Shown piece by piece: positions 50,301 through 63,180 of a stretch of 64,000 bases of DNA (the first letter of the stretch is position 1; each line of letters begins with the position of its first letter). This DNA is from Octopus sinensis. Lineage: Eukaryota. The notes below the pieces were generated by a model, which was not told where the DNA came from, searched no databases, and was given only the letters and a program-made list of their open reading frames with translations. The position numbers were made by a program, and so were the translations under genes. The DNA is taken from contig NC_043016.1 in NCBI RefSeq assembly GCF_006345805.1, positions 8,804,001 to 8,868,000 of the forward strand, given 5' to 3'.

Positions 50301-51284
50301 TGGTTCTGCAATAACCAGAAGGAGGACATGCTGAGCCTGAAATCTACAGTGAAGGCAACTTAACAAGGAAAACCCTTAACTCTAAATAAAACACTTATAC
50401 AAAGTGGGAGAGAAGCTATTAGTTCTGATGTAGGAAATTTCTCAAAACAATCTACCAGAGAACATGTCACTAATAGTACCAAAGATTGCTGTGGTGTGTA
50501 TCAGATAATGAAGGATTGTAATGTGTTGTAAGATGACATTCGGGAATAGACCCAGCTATCCTACATCCGGCATGGAAAACAGATATAAAACAATAGCAAT
50601 AATAAATTATATGTGTAGGTGAAGTGACATGGTTTATGTGTGTGTGTGTGTGTACATATACATATATATGCACACACACATATATAGGCAGTGAGCTGGA
50701 AGAAACGTTAGCACACTGGGAGAAATGCTTAACAGTATTTCGTCTGTTGTTACGTTCTGATTTTAAATTCCGCCGCGGTCGACTTTGCCTTTCATCCTTT
50801 CGGGGTCGAGAAATAAAGTACCAGTTTTGCACTGGGGTTGATGTAATCGACTTAATCCCTTTATCTGTCCTTGTTTGTCCCCTCTATGTTTAGCCCCTTG
50901 TGGGTAGTAAAGAAATATATACATATATATGCACACAACACAACACACACACAAGATAATGAATATTTTGCAATATTCATTTCAGATCCCTGTTTTAATA
51001 GTGTCATGGTTAACTTTACTTGTCATCTTTACCGGATTGATAAGTAAAGTACCAGTCCTGCAGAGGAGTTGAGTATTTCTTTTTTTCTTGCCTTCTCCCT
51101 CCCCGCTCTCTCTCACTCTTGCTTGACAAAATTAGCTGTGATCAAACCATATAAAAATACTTATGCCATAATGGCACTCCTACAATTCCACTGGCAGTTG
51201 AAGGCCCAAGATAGGGTATTATCATCATCATCATTTTAATGTCTACTTTTCCATATTCATATAATAAATAAATGTGCCCTTTTA

Positions 51285-51521
51285 AAGCCTAGCAAGGCTC
51301 ATGGGCCCGGTTTCCCGGTTTCAGTGGCGTATGTGTTCCCCCCAGCTGGACGGGACGCCAGTCCATCGCAGCCTTACTCATTTTTGCCAGCTGAGTGGAC
51401 TGGAGCAACGTGAAATAAAGTATTTTGCTCAAGAACACAATGCATCCCCCGGTCCAGGTATCGAAACCACAATCTTATGATCATGATGCTGACACCCAAA
51501 CCACTTAGCCACGTGCCTCCA
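51285..51521 (-). mobile_element. tRNA-derived SINE with Meta/CORE-like centre and V-like 3' part
   Basis: GGAGGCACGTGGCTAAGTGG head; TTCTTGAGCAAAATACTT..CCAGTCCACTCAGCTG; GCGATGGACTGGCGTCCCGTCCAG. Confidence 0.7.
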
Positions 51522-51759
51522 CCCATATTCATATGACTCAGACAAAATTGTTAAAGTGAGTGTTCTATAGTTGAATGCTTTTCCTATCGTCAACCCTCAA
51601 CTGTTCCCATGTTAATATTTCCCCATGACCAGATATGTCTTCAGAATATTAGAAATGAAGGACATCACTTGGTTGACAGTGATATTCTATGTTTACATAC
51701 AAAATATCTGCAGTCAAATCTCTTCTCAGATAAGCTTTTAAATTTTCATCCGTACTAGA

Positions 51760-52275
51760 GGGGTGCAAAGAGCACCATACAAGTGTGATCATTGACAGAG
51801 TGGCTTACCAGCTTCCATGCCTGTGGCACATAAGGCACCATTCGAGTGTGATCGTTACCAGCGTCACCTTACTGGCACTTGTGCCCATGCTAGTATGGTG
51901 CCAAGAGCACCATCTGAGTGTGATCGTTGCCAGAGCAGCCAACTGGCTTCTGTGCCGGTGGCACGTAAAAGGGCACCATTCGAGCGTGATCGTTACCAAC
52001 GTCGCCTTACTGGCACCTATGCTGGTGGCATGTATACAAAGATTCGAGTGAGGTCATTGCCAGTACCGCCTGACTGGCCCCTGTGCTGGTGGCATGTAAA
52101 AGCACCCACTACACTCTCAGAGTAGTTGGCATTAGGAAGGGCATCCAGCTGTAGAAACTCTGCCAAATCAAGATTGGAGCCTGGTGCAGCCATCTGGTTC
52201 GCCAGCCCTCAGTCAAAATCGTCAACCCCCATGCTAGCATGGTAAGCAGACGTTAAACAATGATGATGATGATCC
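51760..52275 (+). mobile_element. RTE family C-related 3' UTR/tail copy
   Basis: Tandem units plus tail. Confidence 0.75.
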
Positions 52276-52526
52276 ATTACAGAAGCTTTAAATAAGGAAA
52301 TCTTACATGTGTGATAAACATTAATTGATAACAGGTAGCCTTTTAGATTTACTATGCCAAGCTATAGAACTATACAAAAATAAATTCCTTCACATAGCAC
52401 AACAGATGCAGCATCCATTAAATATACACGATAAATATATGTTCTAGAACGAAATGAACTCTAGTTACAAAATGAAGGATTATATCATTAAAAAAAAAAT
52501 CATGAAACAAAACACAATACGTATAC

Positions 52527-52933
52527 CTTACTCTTTACTCTCTTTTACTCTTTTACTTGTTTCAGTCAGTTGACTGCGGCCATGCTGGAGCACCGCCTTT
52601 AGTTGAGCAACTCGACCCCGGGACTTATTCTTTGTAAGCCCAGTACTTATTCTATCGGTCTGTTTTGCCGAACCGCTAAGTGACAGGGACATAAACACAC
52701 CAGCATCTGTTGTCAAGCAATGCTAGGGGGACAAACACACACATACACACATATATATATATACATATATACAACAGGCTTCTTTCAGTTTCCGTCTACC
52801 AAATCCACTCACAAGGCATTGGTCGGCCCGGGGCTATAGCAGAAGACACTTGCCCAAGGTACCACGCAGTGGGACTGAACCCGGAACCATGTGATTGGTT
52901 AGCAAGCTACTTACCACACAGCCACTCTTGCGC
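52527..52933 (-). mobile_element. SINE family A, full length
   Basis: Near-consensus copy. Confidence 0.9.
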
Positions 52934-53333
52934 CTTCTATTTGGATATGAAACAAACTCATAGTTATAATACACTGCCAAAACACTAGATTGTAAAACCA
53001 CTTTAAAATACATAACTCTGACACTTTCTCATCAATTGACCATGCATATTCAAAAAGGAACCATTACAACACATTGTAATATATGACATTTGAAAAATGA
53101 TGGCTGTAGTTTTTGTGATATGTAAACATAAAAATTCTCAAAAACATGTTGAAAGTTTGCAGTAATATAAATAATAATTTATGTGAGATAAACAAGGGTT
53201 ACATATCCAAATAGAAGGTTTTGTTCAAGTAAACAAGCATCATACGAATGTCTGAACTTAGGTGAGGGTTGATATCAGGAAAAGCATACAACTGAACGAA
53301 ATTTATCTCAGAGAAAAATCCTCTTGGGATTTT

Positions 53334-53750
53334 GGATCTTTTCGGTTTGAACGGCAGTTTTTTAAAATAATTTCCACGTAACTAAACACTTTTAAACTTC
53401 GTATACTGGTAGAATGTGTTTATAAAACATCTTTTTCTCTTGGCTTTATTGAGAAAATTCTATAATTTGTAAGATATTTGTTGTTTTTTTTCTTCAATTT
53501 CTGCAATTTCAATCAATCAATGATGTCTATTGAGGTGAAAATGTTCTGTGCCGTATGAATATGTCCCTCGTTTAAGAAACAGATTGGTTTTATTTACATT
53601 TGTGAAGAAAAAAAGATACCCTTCCTCCCACCCCTAACCCTAACCCAAAAAGAGATTGAAATGCAATAGATCGATACTAGGGTCATAATTATGGGTGACA
53701 ATTTCATATGACGCCGCTAGAAAAAACTGCCATTCAAACCAAAAAGATCC
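53334..53750. mobile_element. Merlin-like MITE
   Basis: TIR GGATCTTTTCGGTTTGAACGGCAGTTTTTT; 7/8 matching flanks GGGATTTT / GGAATTTT. Confidence 0.65.
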
Positions 53751-53931
53751 GGAATTTTAAATGGTTTTTTTTTGTAGCTTTTATTTTCCATATTATATTA
53801 CCCTTATCTGTATTTCTTCTGTTATTTCCTTCCTATTTCTAATTCACTTTGTTGACTATTGACGGCCACTGAGATGTTTTATGTGTTACTCCTCATTCTT
53901 TCTTTTATGCATAAGAATGAAACAGTGTTAA

Positions 53932-54320
53932 TGGACATTATCAAAGAAGCTTGAGAGGCGGTTGGATGGAACTTACACTCGCCTCCTTATGAGAGCTCAA
54001 AATCTCCTGTGGAAGCGTCATCCAACCAAAATGCAAATATATGGGAAACTACCACCTGTATCATCTCTTTTGAAAGGTAGAAGAGTCCAGTTTGCTGGAC
54101 ATTGTTGTAGAGCTGAAAACGAGGTAATTTCTACTCTTCTCCTCTGGAAGACAGCTGCTTGCGATACCAGAGGGTGCACACTCTCCTACCCTGATGTAAT
54201 CTCCAGGGATACAGGCATCCAGTAACAGGACTTCCATAATGCTATGATGGACTGTGAGGTCTGGGGAAACATAGTAAATTCCATTGTCTCGACCACGGTC
54301 GAACAATAATGATGATGATA
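53932..54320 (+). mobile_element. 5'-truncated RTE family D
   Basis: LDGTYTRLLMRAQN...FAGHCCR; (GAT)n tail. Confidence 0.85.
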
Positions 54321-54370
54321 ATCTCTGAGCTATATTGAATTGTAAATGGAGTTATTTCTAAGTTGTTTAA

Positions 54371-54830
54371 CCCATTTGCATTCAGATTACTCTCTCAAAT
54401 GTAAAGCTTATTTATTTGTTGTTCTGAATTAATCATGCATTATCTCGTATTTTGATGATATGATTGTTTATTTTCAGAACGACATAAGTGTGAGATTCCA
54501 GATCTGGCTGGTTTGAACATATTTGGGCCAGTTTAACTATGTAAAATATTTGGGCTAGTTTAAATACAAACGGTTTAAGTCCTTAAGATTGTTATATGTG
54601 TCTATCACAATGAATAAATAATAACTGAAACCAGTTCTGACTCTGTAGTACAAACGTCTTGTTTCCATAAGTTTTGAATTAAAATCTTCCACCAAACCTT
54701 AGTCACAGTTTATGTTCCTAACACTAGCTTAATGATAACTAAGTTATTTTACTAAATTCTTTATTATATTTAAATTTAATTGAAAGAAACACAAAACATC
54801 TCAACAGAAATATGGTAATGAAAGGGTTAA
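54371..54830. mobile_element. Two adjacent piggyBac-like MITE remnants
   Basis: TTAA-CCC / GG(G)-TTAA ends. Confidence 0.4.
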
Positions 54831-56040
54831 AGTAGATGCAACCCATGGAAGTGGGAGACTTAAGATGACATGGGACAAAGTGCTGAAGAATGACCTCAGG
54901 AAGGTGGACCTTTCAGGCAAGATGTCAAAGGATTGAGATGCCTGGTACCTTACTGTACTCAACAAGACTCATACTTTGCAGGAGAAGTGTTAAGACCGGT
55001 CGCCCTGGTGGTGAGGATTGACCTACTAGAGTCCTGTGCTGGTGCCATGTAAAAAGCACTCTTGGCACTGCCATGTAAAAGTGCCAGTGTGATGCCGCAT
55101 GAAAGCACCTGTGTGATGCCACATAAAAGTCCTCATGGGGTTCCACATAAAATCGCCCATGCAGTGCCATGTAAAAGCACTCAGCATGCTCTGTAAAGTG
55201 GTTGGCATCAGAAAAGGCACTCAGTCATAGAAACCATGCCAAATAAGATTGGAGTCTGGTGTGGCTCCCCAGCTCTAGTCAAACCATACAACCCATGCCA
55301 GTGTGGACAACAAACCTTAAGTGATGATGTACATACAATATTTGGAAACAGCTTGATTTACACGTTAGCTATGCAGGTCACTGTGAATGTGTGCCCCAAA
55401 AAATCAAAGCCACATTGTCGTTTTTGACATAAGCATTATCTTGTAGACAACAGAATACCTCAGTTGTGCATACCTACAAAAGCTTATCCAAGATATCTTT
55501 GGAAACTTTACTAATAGCAAAATACAAACCAAAAATTAATGCACAAATATATACCACATAAAATAAATCATTAAATTTACAACTTAAAAAAACATTGTAT
55601 AATTTTAAAATCCAGTGTTGACAATTTTATCAGTTGTCATTATTACCTTCAGTTCATCCTGATGATAATGCCAGGAAGGTCCTAAAATATTAATGCACTA
55701 ATGGATTTTGGAATTCTCTTGTTCCAAACTGCATTTAAAGAACTAATGAAAAATACTTAATGAAACAGTAAATCCAAATACAAGTTTCAAATTTTAGCAC
55801 CAGACCAGTAAGTTTGGGGATGGGGTGAAGTCAGTTACATCAACTGGTACTTGTTTTTTTGATCTCAGAAGAATGATGGACAAAATGCTTAGCAGCATTT
55901 TGTCCAGTGTGCTAATGATTCTTCCTCCTCATCATATTCTTGAATCCAAATATTGCCATGTCTCTAATCTCTAATGTAATACTTATTTATTCACACCATT
56001 TGGAATTAATCATGCATTATCATCTAAGACATGACCATCT

Positions 56041-56112
56041 CATCATGTAAGACATGCCCATCATGTAAGACATGCCCATCATGTAAGACATGCCCATCAT
56101 GTAAGACATGCC
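56041..56112. repeat. Four perfect 18-bp tandem repeats (CATCATGTAAGACATGCC)
   Basis: Directly visible. Confidence 0.95.
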
Positions 56113-56981
56113 CATCTCATCAGATGCTTGGAGCAGAGTGAAGGATTTTTTTGAGATTTTGATGATGTAATTGTTTATTTTTAAAAGGACACTGCAGGGT
56201 AGGTGTGGGAGGCCAGATCTGGCCAATTTGAACATAAAACAGGTAGTATATTTGGAACAGATATAGTTTGTTTTAAATGCTAAAGGGTTTAGCACACATG
56301 CAGAAACACACACACCCACACACACATCACCACCACCACCGCTACCATACACACATGCTTTTGGAACTAACGTAATAATATACATTGTAATAAGTTGAAA
56401 ACTGTATGCTTGCTGGGAGAGAGAAAAGAAATTCCCTTGAGAATCTCTACTAAAACCATCATGAAGAGATTGAAGAAAAATCACTCAACAAAATAAAATG
56501 GAATAGTTAAAATGGTGAATTTTCCTTTGCATAGGTGTCTCCCCTGCGATTAAAATAAAACAACCAACCAATTATTGTCTTTGCTTTTAGTTACAATTGT
56601 TACAATCTTAAAATCTAAATAACTCAATATTTGATAGCAAATATATTTCCATTCTTTAAAATTGGAAAAATGAAAGGAAAAAGAAAAGAAAAAAATATTC
56701 TTAGGAATTTTATCTTATGAAAGCCGGAACAACAATTGTCATTTGTCATCTGTCCACTTCATGAAACTGCTGCTAATTCTTTAGCTAATACCCTTCAGGA
56801 AATATAATTTCAATTCATAGCATTCAGCAATCTGTGTGGACTGAATTGATAATTTTTAACCACCAGGGATGTAATACGATTAAATCGTATTTAATTTTAC
56901 ACCAACTGTCTTCTGTTGTATGAAAATACAATGGTTAATTTTCAAACAAGAAAATCTACTTGAACATTTTCAATGGAAATA

Positions 56982-56984
<3 letters not shown>

Positions 56985-57062
<78 letters not shown>
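56985..57062. repeat. (AAT)/(GAT) trinucleotide microsatellite
   Basis: Directly visible. Confidence 0.95.
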
Positions 57063-57065
<3 letters not shown>

Positions 57066-58488
57066 GAAGTGACATCAGACTATTGTGATTGAATAAATTT
57101 TTAGTCATTGATGTCAAAAACATGTTCAACAATGAAATATATTCAACATATAGAATATTAAATATTAAATAATTTTTTCTCTCCTTAAAATATATTTGAA
57201 GAATAATTTATTTCCATTTTTTTTATTCAATTCTGTTGCAATTGTTTCTAAGCATTTTCTCATTCTATTTCTCCTTTTTTTTTTTTGCTTTTGTTTTGTT
57301 TTATTAAATTATCTTTTCTTACTTTTTTTTTTTTTGGCAGTTGACGTCATAGAAAGATATTTTTTTTCTCTTGTGTGTTGTTAATTGCAAGCCTTCTTCA
57401 AATGTTGTAAGTTTCTTGTTTGAAGAAGCCAAATTCTGTGTCATACTATTATGCTTTCAGCATCATCATCATTGTCAACATCATTGTAGTTGTTTTAACG
57501 TTCACTTTTCCATGCTCACGTAAGTCAGCTGGAGTAAAGTACCAAAAGAAAGTACCACTCAACACGTTCGGTAGGAGTAACATGTATTTTTAGTAATAGC
57601 TTGGCTCAGCTCTACATAACTTAAAGTTTCATGAGCATGTAAGACATGCCCATCTCATCAAATACTTGAAGCAGAGTGAAGGATTTTTTAGAGAGAAATT
57701 CAAGATGGTTTCAGATGTAAGGACTCTAGTTGTGGTATAAATGCTTTGAAAGTGACACCAACTATTTTTTTATATTTTTAGGCCCATATACTCAATAGTA
57801 TATTGGTATGGTGCTAGTGCCACTTTGGTGGAAAGCTACACCATTATGTATTCAGTATTAGGTACCACATATAATAGAGTGGGATGTTGCTGTAGGTCAG
57901 TAGCTCAGACATTGTTCAGTGTTGTATTGACACATTTGTGGCAACAGTTTTATGTGGGAGTAGCTAAATTTGAAGATGCGGGTTTAAAATCGAGGCTACA
58001 TAATCAACATGGGTGGGGATTTAGTCAGTATGGGCCGCAGGGATTAAATACTTTGTCCGTGTATGTAGGACAGCCAGGCCTGAGGCGGAATATATAAGTT
58101 GTCTACTGCCATTGATTTGAAGTACATTAATAGGTCATACTTTTGGTGGTAAGAATAAGATAGTTCATTCAAAATCAGTGAAAAAGCCTTTATAAAATAT
58201 GCGGAATAAAGATTGAAAGATTCATTAATAATACAAACTGAATAACTGATCAGAAAATTAATTTAAGAATTCTTAACCAAACAAGGCTTAATAGAAATAT
58301 CAGCTGAGTGGTGCACTCTCTCTTTCTCTCTCACCAACTCCCCCCTCTCTCTTTCTTTCTTTCTCTTCACTCTCTTCTTTTCATATTCCAGTTCAAACTC
58401 AGCATTTACTGCACTCACCACGTGCAGTTATTCCTTTTTCTTCTTGTGCATTTTTTAACCTTTCCACATTTATATTTATGTTAAGATA

Positions 58489-59362
58489 CGATGTGGTTCC
58501 CAGACTAGTTATTTTTAATAAAAAAAAAAAAACTTATTTACCTAAGTTTTAACATCATCTCCTTTGAAACAGTCACCTTGCACAGCAATACACTGGTCCC
58601 AGCCTTCCTGCCACTTTTGGAGTCTGGCCTGGAAGTTGTTTTCTGTAAGTGAGTCAAGGACCTTCTGCAATTCACTCTGGATCTCGACAATGGTGTTAAA
58701 ACGATGATCTTTGAGCTATATTTTCATCTTGGAGAAGAGATGGAAGTTCACAGGTGCTAAATCTTGTGAATAGGGCAAGTGCAGAAGTAATGCCTTATTT
58801 GTGGCAAGAAACTCATGACTGGGAAGAGCTTGGTGAGGCATCCAATTCTTCACACTCCACAGATCCAGTTGCTTTTGCCAAATGTCCTCCCTCAAATTCT
58901 TTAAAACATTGCAGTAGAACTCTCTGTTGGTGGTCTGGCCCTGGGGGATGAATTCTTGGGGTGACACTCATGGCAGGCCTTCAAGATCACTCATTGTCTT
59001 CCAGGGATGATCTTCCACTTTTGAAGCACCCATGCCACTCGAAACATTGCATAGGAACCATTGCCTCATCGCCATAAGCTTGCCAAAGCATGCTCAATGT
59101 TTCTGTAGCAGACTTCCCAAGTTTCATGCAAAATTTATATTGGCTCTTTGTTCCAACTTCTTGTCCATGACAAAAATTGCAGACTACAACATACACATGA
59201 TCATAAAACACAAATTTCAGAACTTGAAAAATAAACTCAGTGATGTCACTTGGCACACTGCCTCATGAAGGTCACTGCTAGCTTTCACTGCACACACAAC
59301 CATGTGCTGCCATCTGTTGGCATGCTACAGAACTAGTTTAGCAACTTTTTGATACCACCTCA
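58489..59362 (-). mobile_element. Internally deleted mariner
   Basis: KFCMKLGKSATET N-terminus, PYSQDLAPVNFHLF motif, WQEGWDQCIAVQGDCFKGD C-terminus; TA-flanked TIRs (left one partly deleted). Confidence 0.88.
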
Positions 59363-59376
59363 TACATTAATTTCGT

Positions 59377-59677
59377 GGAGGCACATGGCCTAGTTGTTAG
59401 AGCAGCGGACTCACGGTCAAGGGATCGCAGGTTCGAATCTCAGACCAGACGATGTGTGTGTTTATGAGTGAAAATACCTAAGGTCCACGCGGCTCTGGCA
59501 GAAGGTAATGGCAAACTTCTGCTGACTCTTTCGCCACAACTTTCTCTCACTCTTTCTTCCTGCATCTTGCAGCTCACCTGCGAGGGACTGGCGTCCTGTC
59601 CAGGTGGGGAACCTATGCACCAAGAAACCGGGAAACCGGCCCTTATGGGCCAGGCATGGCTCAAGAAGGAACAAACA
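59377..59677 (+). mobile_element. tRNA-derived SINE (head as at 643, V-like 3' part)
   Basis: A/B boxes; GCGAGGGACTGGCGTCCTGTCCAG; (AAC) tail. Confidence 0.75.
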
Positions 59678-60329
59678 TTAATTTTGAAAATAATGAAGAG
59701 TTCAGTGAAATAACGTCGTCATTATATCAAACTGGTGTTTGGAGCAAATTAAAGCAAAGTTTTAATGGAAGATTGATTATAATTTAGACCAACTTAAAAT
59801 AGAACATTCTCAAAGAAACAGGAGCACTCTTTGGCAGGATGGCATCAAAAATGTTAAAGACTTGGACAAACACCCTCTAAATACACATATACTCAAACTT
59901 CTGAGATCAACCTACTATCAAAGTTATAAGATAGTTAAGTTAGTGCCAAACTATAACTGATAGTAGATATTGGTTTTTTTAAATTCCACCAAAATCATTT
60001 GCACAAAATAAGATCAAATGAAATGACATGAGAGAGATAACAATTTTTATTTGCTAAACAAAGTAGCTATAATACTGAATTATCTTTTGCAGAATAATAA
60101 TTAAACACCTCCACATGATTTCTCATCAAAGATATCAAAACTGTTTAAAGAGATTATTCACTGTTTTAACACGTGTATAAATACACCCACTCACACGCAC
60201 GTACACACACGCGCACACACACGCACACACACACACACACTCACACAAATGAAAGTATATACACCTTTGGCAAGTGTCTTCTACTATAACCCCAAGCCAA
60301 CCAAAGCTTGTAGGCAGATTTGATTATTG

Positions 60330-60545
60330 GCAACTGAAAGAAGCCTATTGCATGATATAGGGAGAGTTTATGAAAAAAACAAAAGACGAAGACAGGTGGT
60401 GTACAAAACAAACAGATGTATTAGTATAACACTCAGGAATAGAAAAAGTCTTTTACGTTTCGAGCCTATGCTCTTCTACAGAAAAGGACACAGAAAAACC
60501 AAGGAGAGAAAAAAATGTGTGTAGTGGCTAACGATCTATCATGGC
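60330..60545 (-). mobile_element. F2 element with A6U hammerhead-like core
   Basis: Minus strand CTGTAGA-A-GAGC-atag-GCTC-GAAACGT-A at about 60450-60485. Confidence 0.7.
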
Positions 60546-60573
60546 GACTATTGTATTGTATAATATATATATC

Positions 60574-61290
60574 ATCATCATCATGCTGGCATAGTTGGAC
60601 GATTTGAGTGAGGGCTGGCAAGCCAGAAGGCTGTACCATGCTCCAATCAGATCTGGCAAAGTTTCTATAGCTGGATGCCCTTCCTAACGCTAACCACTCC
60701 AAGAGTGTAATGGGTGCTTTTTACATGCTACCAGCATGAGAGCCAGTCAGGCAGTACTGGCATTGACCGTGCTTGAATAGTGCTTCTTATATGCCACCAG
60801 CATGGGAGCCAGTCAGGTAGCACTGGCAATGACCACACGCAAATGGTGCTTTTTACATGTCACTGGCACATAGAGCCAGTCAGGTGGCACTGGCAGTGAT
60901 CACACTCGAATGGTGCTTTTAACGTACCACTGGTATGGGTGCCAATCATGCAGTACTGTCATCAGCCATGACGATGATTGCCTCAACAGGTCTTTGTAAG
61001 AGCAGTTTATTGTCTAATGATTGGAGAGTAGTCTTAAATGTGTTAGTTATGCTGCATTGGCATAGGCTATGCTTACAGTCTCACTTGGTTTGCTAGGTTT
61101 TCTCAAGCACAGCATATCTCCAAAGGTCTCGGTCACTTGTCATCACCTTGGCAAGGCCCATCATTTGAGGGTCATGCTTCACCACCTCATGCCAGGTCTT
61201 CCTGGGTCTACCTCTTCCATAGGTTCCCTCTACTGCTTGGGTGTGACACTTTTTCACACAGCTGTCCTCATCTATACGCAACACATGACA
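60574..61290 (-). mobile_element. 5'-truncated RTE family C
   Basis: VLRIDEDSCVKKCH...GRGRPRKTW...DRDLWRYAVLEKT plus UTR units and (GAT)n tail. Confidence 0.85.
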
Positions 61291-61317
61291 CACACACACA
61301 CACACACACACATATCG

Positions 61318-61505
61318 CCATGATAGATCATTAGCCACTACACACATTTTTTTCTCTCCTTGTTTTTTCTGTGTCCCTTTCTGTAGAAGAGCATAGGCTC
61401 GAAATGTAAAAGACTTTTTCTATTCCTGAGCGTTATACTAATACATCTGTTTGTTTTGTACACCACCTGTCTTCGTCCTTTGTTTTTTTTTGTAAACTCT
61501 CCCTA
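61318..61505 (+). mobile_element. F2 element with A6U hammerhead-like core
   Basis: 61377-61412 CTTT-CTGTAGA-A-GAGC-atag-GCTC-GAAATGT-A-AAAG. Confidence 0.7.
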
Positions 61506-62770
61506 TATATATATATATATATATCTCCTTTCAACTATAGGCACAAAGCCTGAAATTTTGAGGGAGGGGAGAGCTAGTCAATTACATCAAGCCCAGTACT
61601 CAGCTGGTACTTATTTCATCAACCCTGAAAAGATAAAAGGCAAAGTCGGCCTCAGTGGAGTTTGAACTCAGAATGTAAAGACAAGCAAAATGCTACTAAA
61701 TATTTTGTCCAGTGTCCTAACGATCCTGCCAGTTTGGGCACCATGGTGTGTGTGTGTGTGCATGTGCGTGTGTGTGTGTGTGTGTATGAGTGTGTGTGTT
61801 TTCATACATGTGATGGTTATAAAGGAGCATCACTATCACATACAAACGGCATTGTTTGTTTCTAACCTTCTGTGGAAACATGTCTGAAACGTGGGGAAAT
61901 AGTAACTTGTTTGGGAATAGTTGAGGTTTAGTGAGGAGGGTATCCAACCATAGAAAACCTACCTTACTTAATTTCCATCTGACACATGCAGGCATACAAA
62001 AGTAGACATCAAAATGACAATGATAATGATGATAATCTGTTTCTTTATTACCCACAAGGGGCTAAACATAGAGGGGACAAACAAGGACAGACAAATGGAT
62101 TAAGACAGACAAATCGATTATATCGACCCTGGTGTGTAACTGGTACTTAATTTATCAACCCCGAAAGGATGAAAGGCAAAGACGACCTGGGCTGAATTTG
62201 AACTCAGAACGTAATGGCAGACAAAATACGGCTACACATTTCGCCCAGCATGCTAACAGCTCTGCCAGCTCGCTGCCTTAGATAATGATGACGATCATCA
62301 TCATCATGGTCGTCATCATGATGACAATGATGATGATGATTATGATGACAGTGCAGATGGCAACAACAATGATAAGGATATAGTGCAAGTCATCCACATC
62401 AGATGCATAACTGTCTACTTCACCGTCAAATCTTGATGTTTAGTCTTTTGAAAGGCTGTACCAAAAGCAGTCCTCACTACACAATGCTTAAATTTAAGTT
62501 CCCCAACTTACCAGTTCCTGTCAAACCATTTAACCCATGCCAGCATGGTAAGCAGACATTAAATGATGATTATATGTATAGATATATATAGGCACAGGGG
62601 TGGCTGTGTGGTAAGCAGTTTGCTTACAAACCACATAGTTCCAGGTTCAGTCCCACTGTGTGGCATCTTGGGCAAGTGTCTTCTACTATAGCCTCGGGCT
62701 GACCAAAGCCCTGTGAGTGAATTTGGTAGACGGAAACTGAAAGAAAGCCATCATATGTATATATGCATAT

Positions 62771-63180
62771 AGTTAAGTTAAGTTAAGTTAATTTTTTGGC
62801 TCAAAAAGCAAAAAGCAAGGCCATGTAGGGGGACATGGAGTTATGTACAGGGAGGGTGTTCATGCAAAGAGTTCAGGCCATTTCTGGTCAAGGGAGACTT
62901 TGAACTGAGCGGTCGTCGGCATCTTCACTATCTCGTCCGGCAGCTTATTCCATGGATCCGCAACCCGGATAGAGAAAGCCCCTCTCCGATTGAGATGAAA
63001 TCGTTGCAGATAGAGCTTTTCAGAGTGACCCCCCACCTGACGCTCTGGAATAGGAGTGAAGAACAGCTCTTTCGAGAGGTTACACTTTCCGCTTATGATG
63101 TGAGCAAGAATGAGATCACCACAACGTCGTTGTTTTTCTAGAGAATAAAGGTCGAGCATCTTCAGCCTTTCTTCATAAGA
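62771..63180 (-). mobile_element. CR1-clade LINE 3' end nested in a family A SINE
   Basis: SYEERLKMLDLYSLEK.R..GDLI...GHSEKL...FSIRVADPWNKLP..IV; (TTAAC)n tail; SINE halves at 62590-62755 and 63190-63412. Confidence 0.9.

Noticed and set aside
53632-53646. Interstitial telomere (CCCTAA)n
   Set aside because: Only about 2.5 units, inside a MITE.
57800-58140. Possible coding sequence
   Set aside because: Reads as scattered CR1-like RT fragments on minus with many stops; too degraded to list as a feature.
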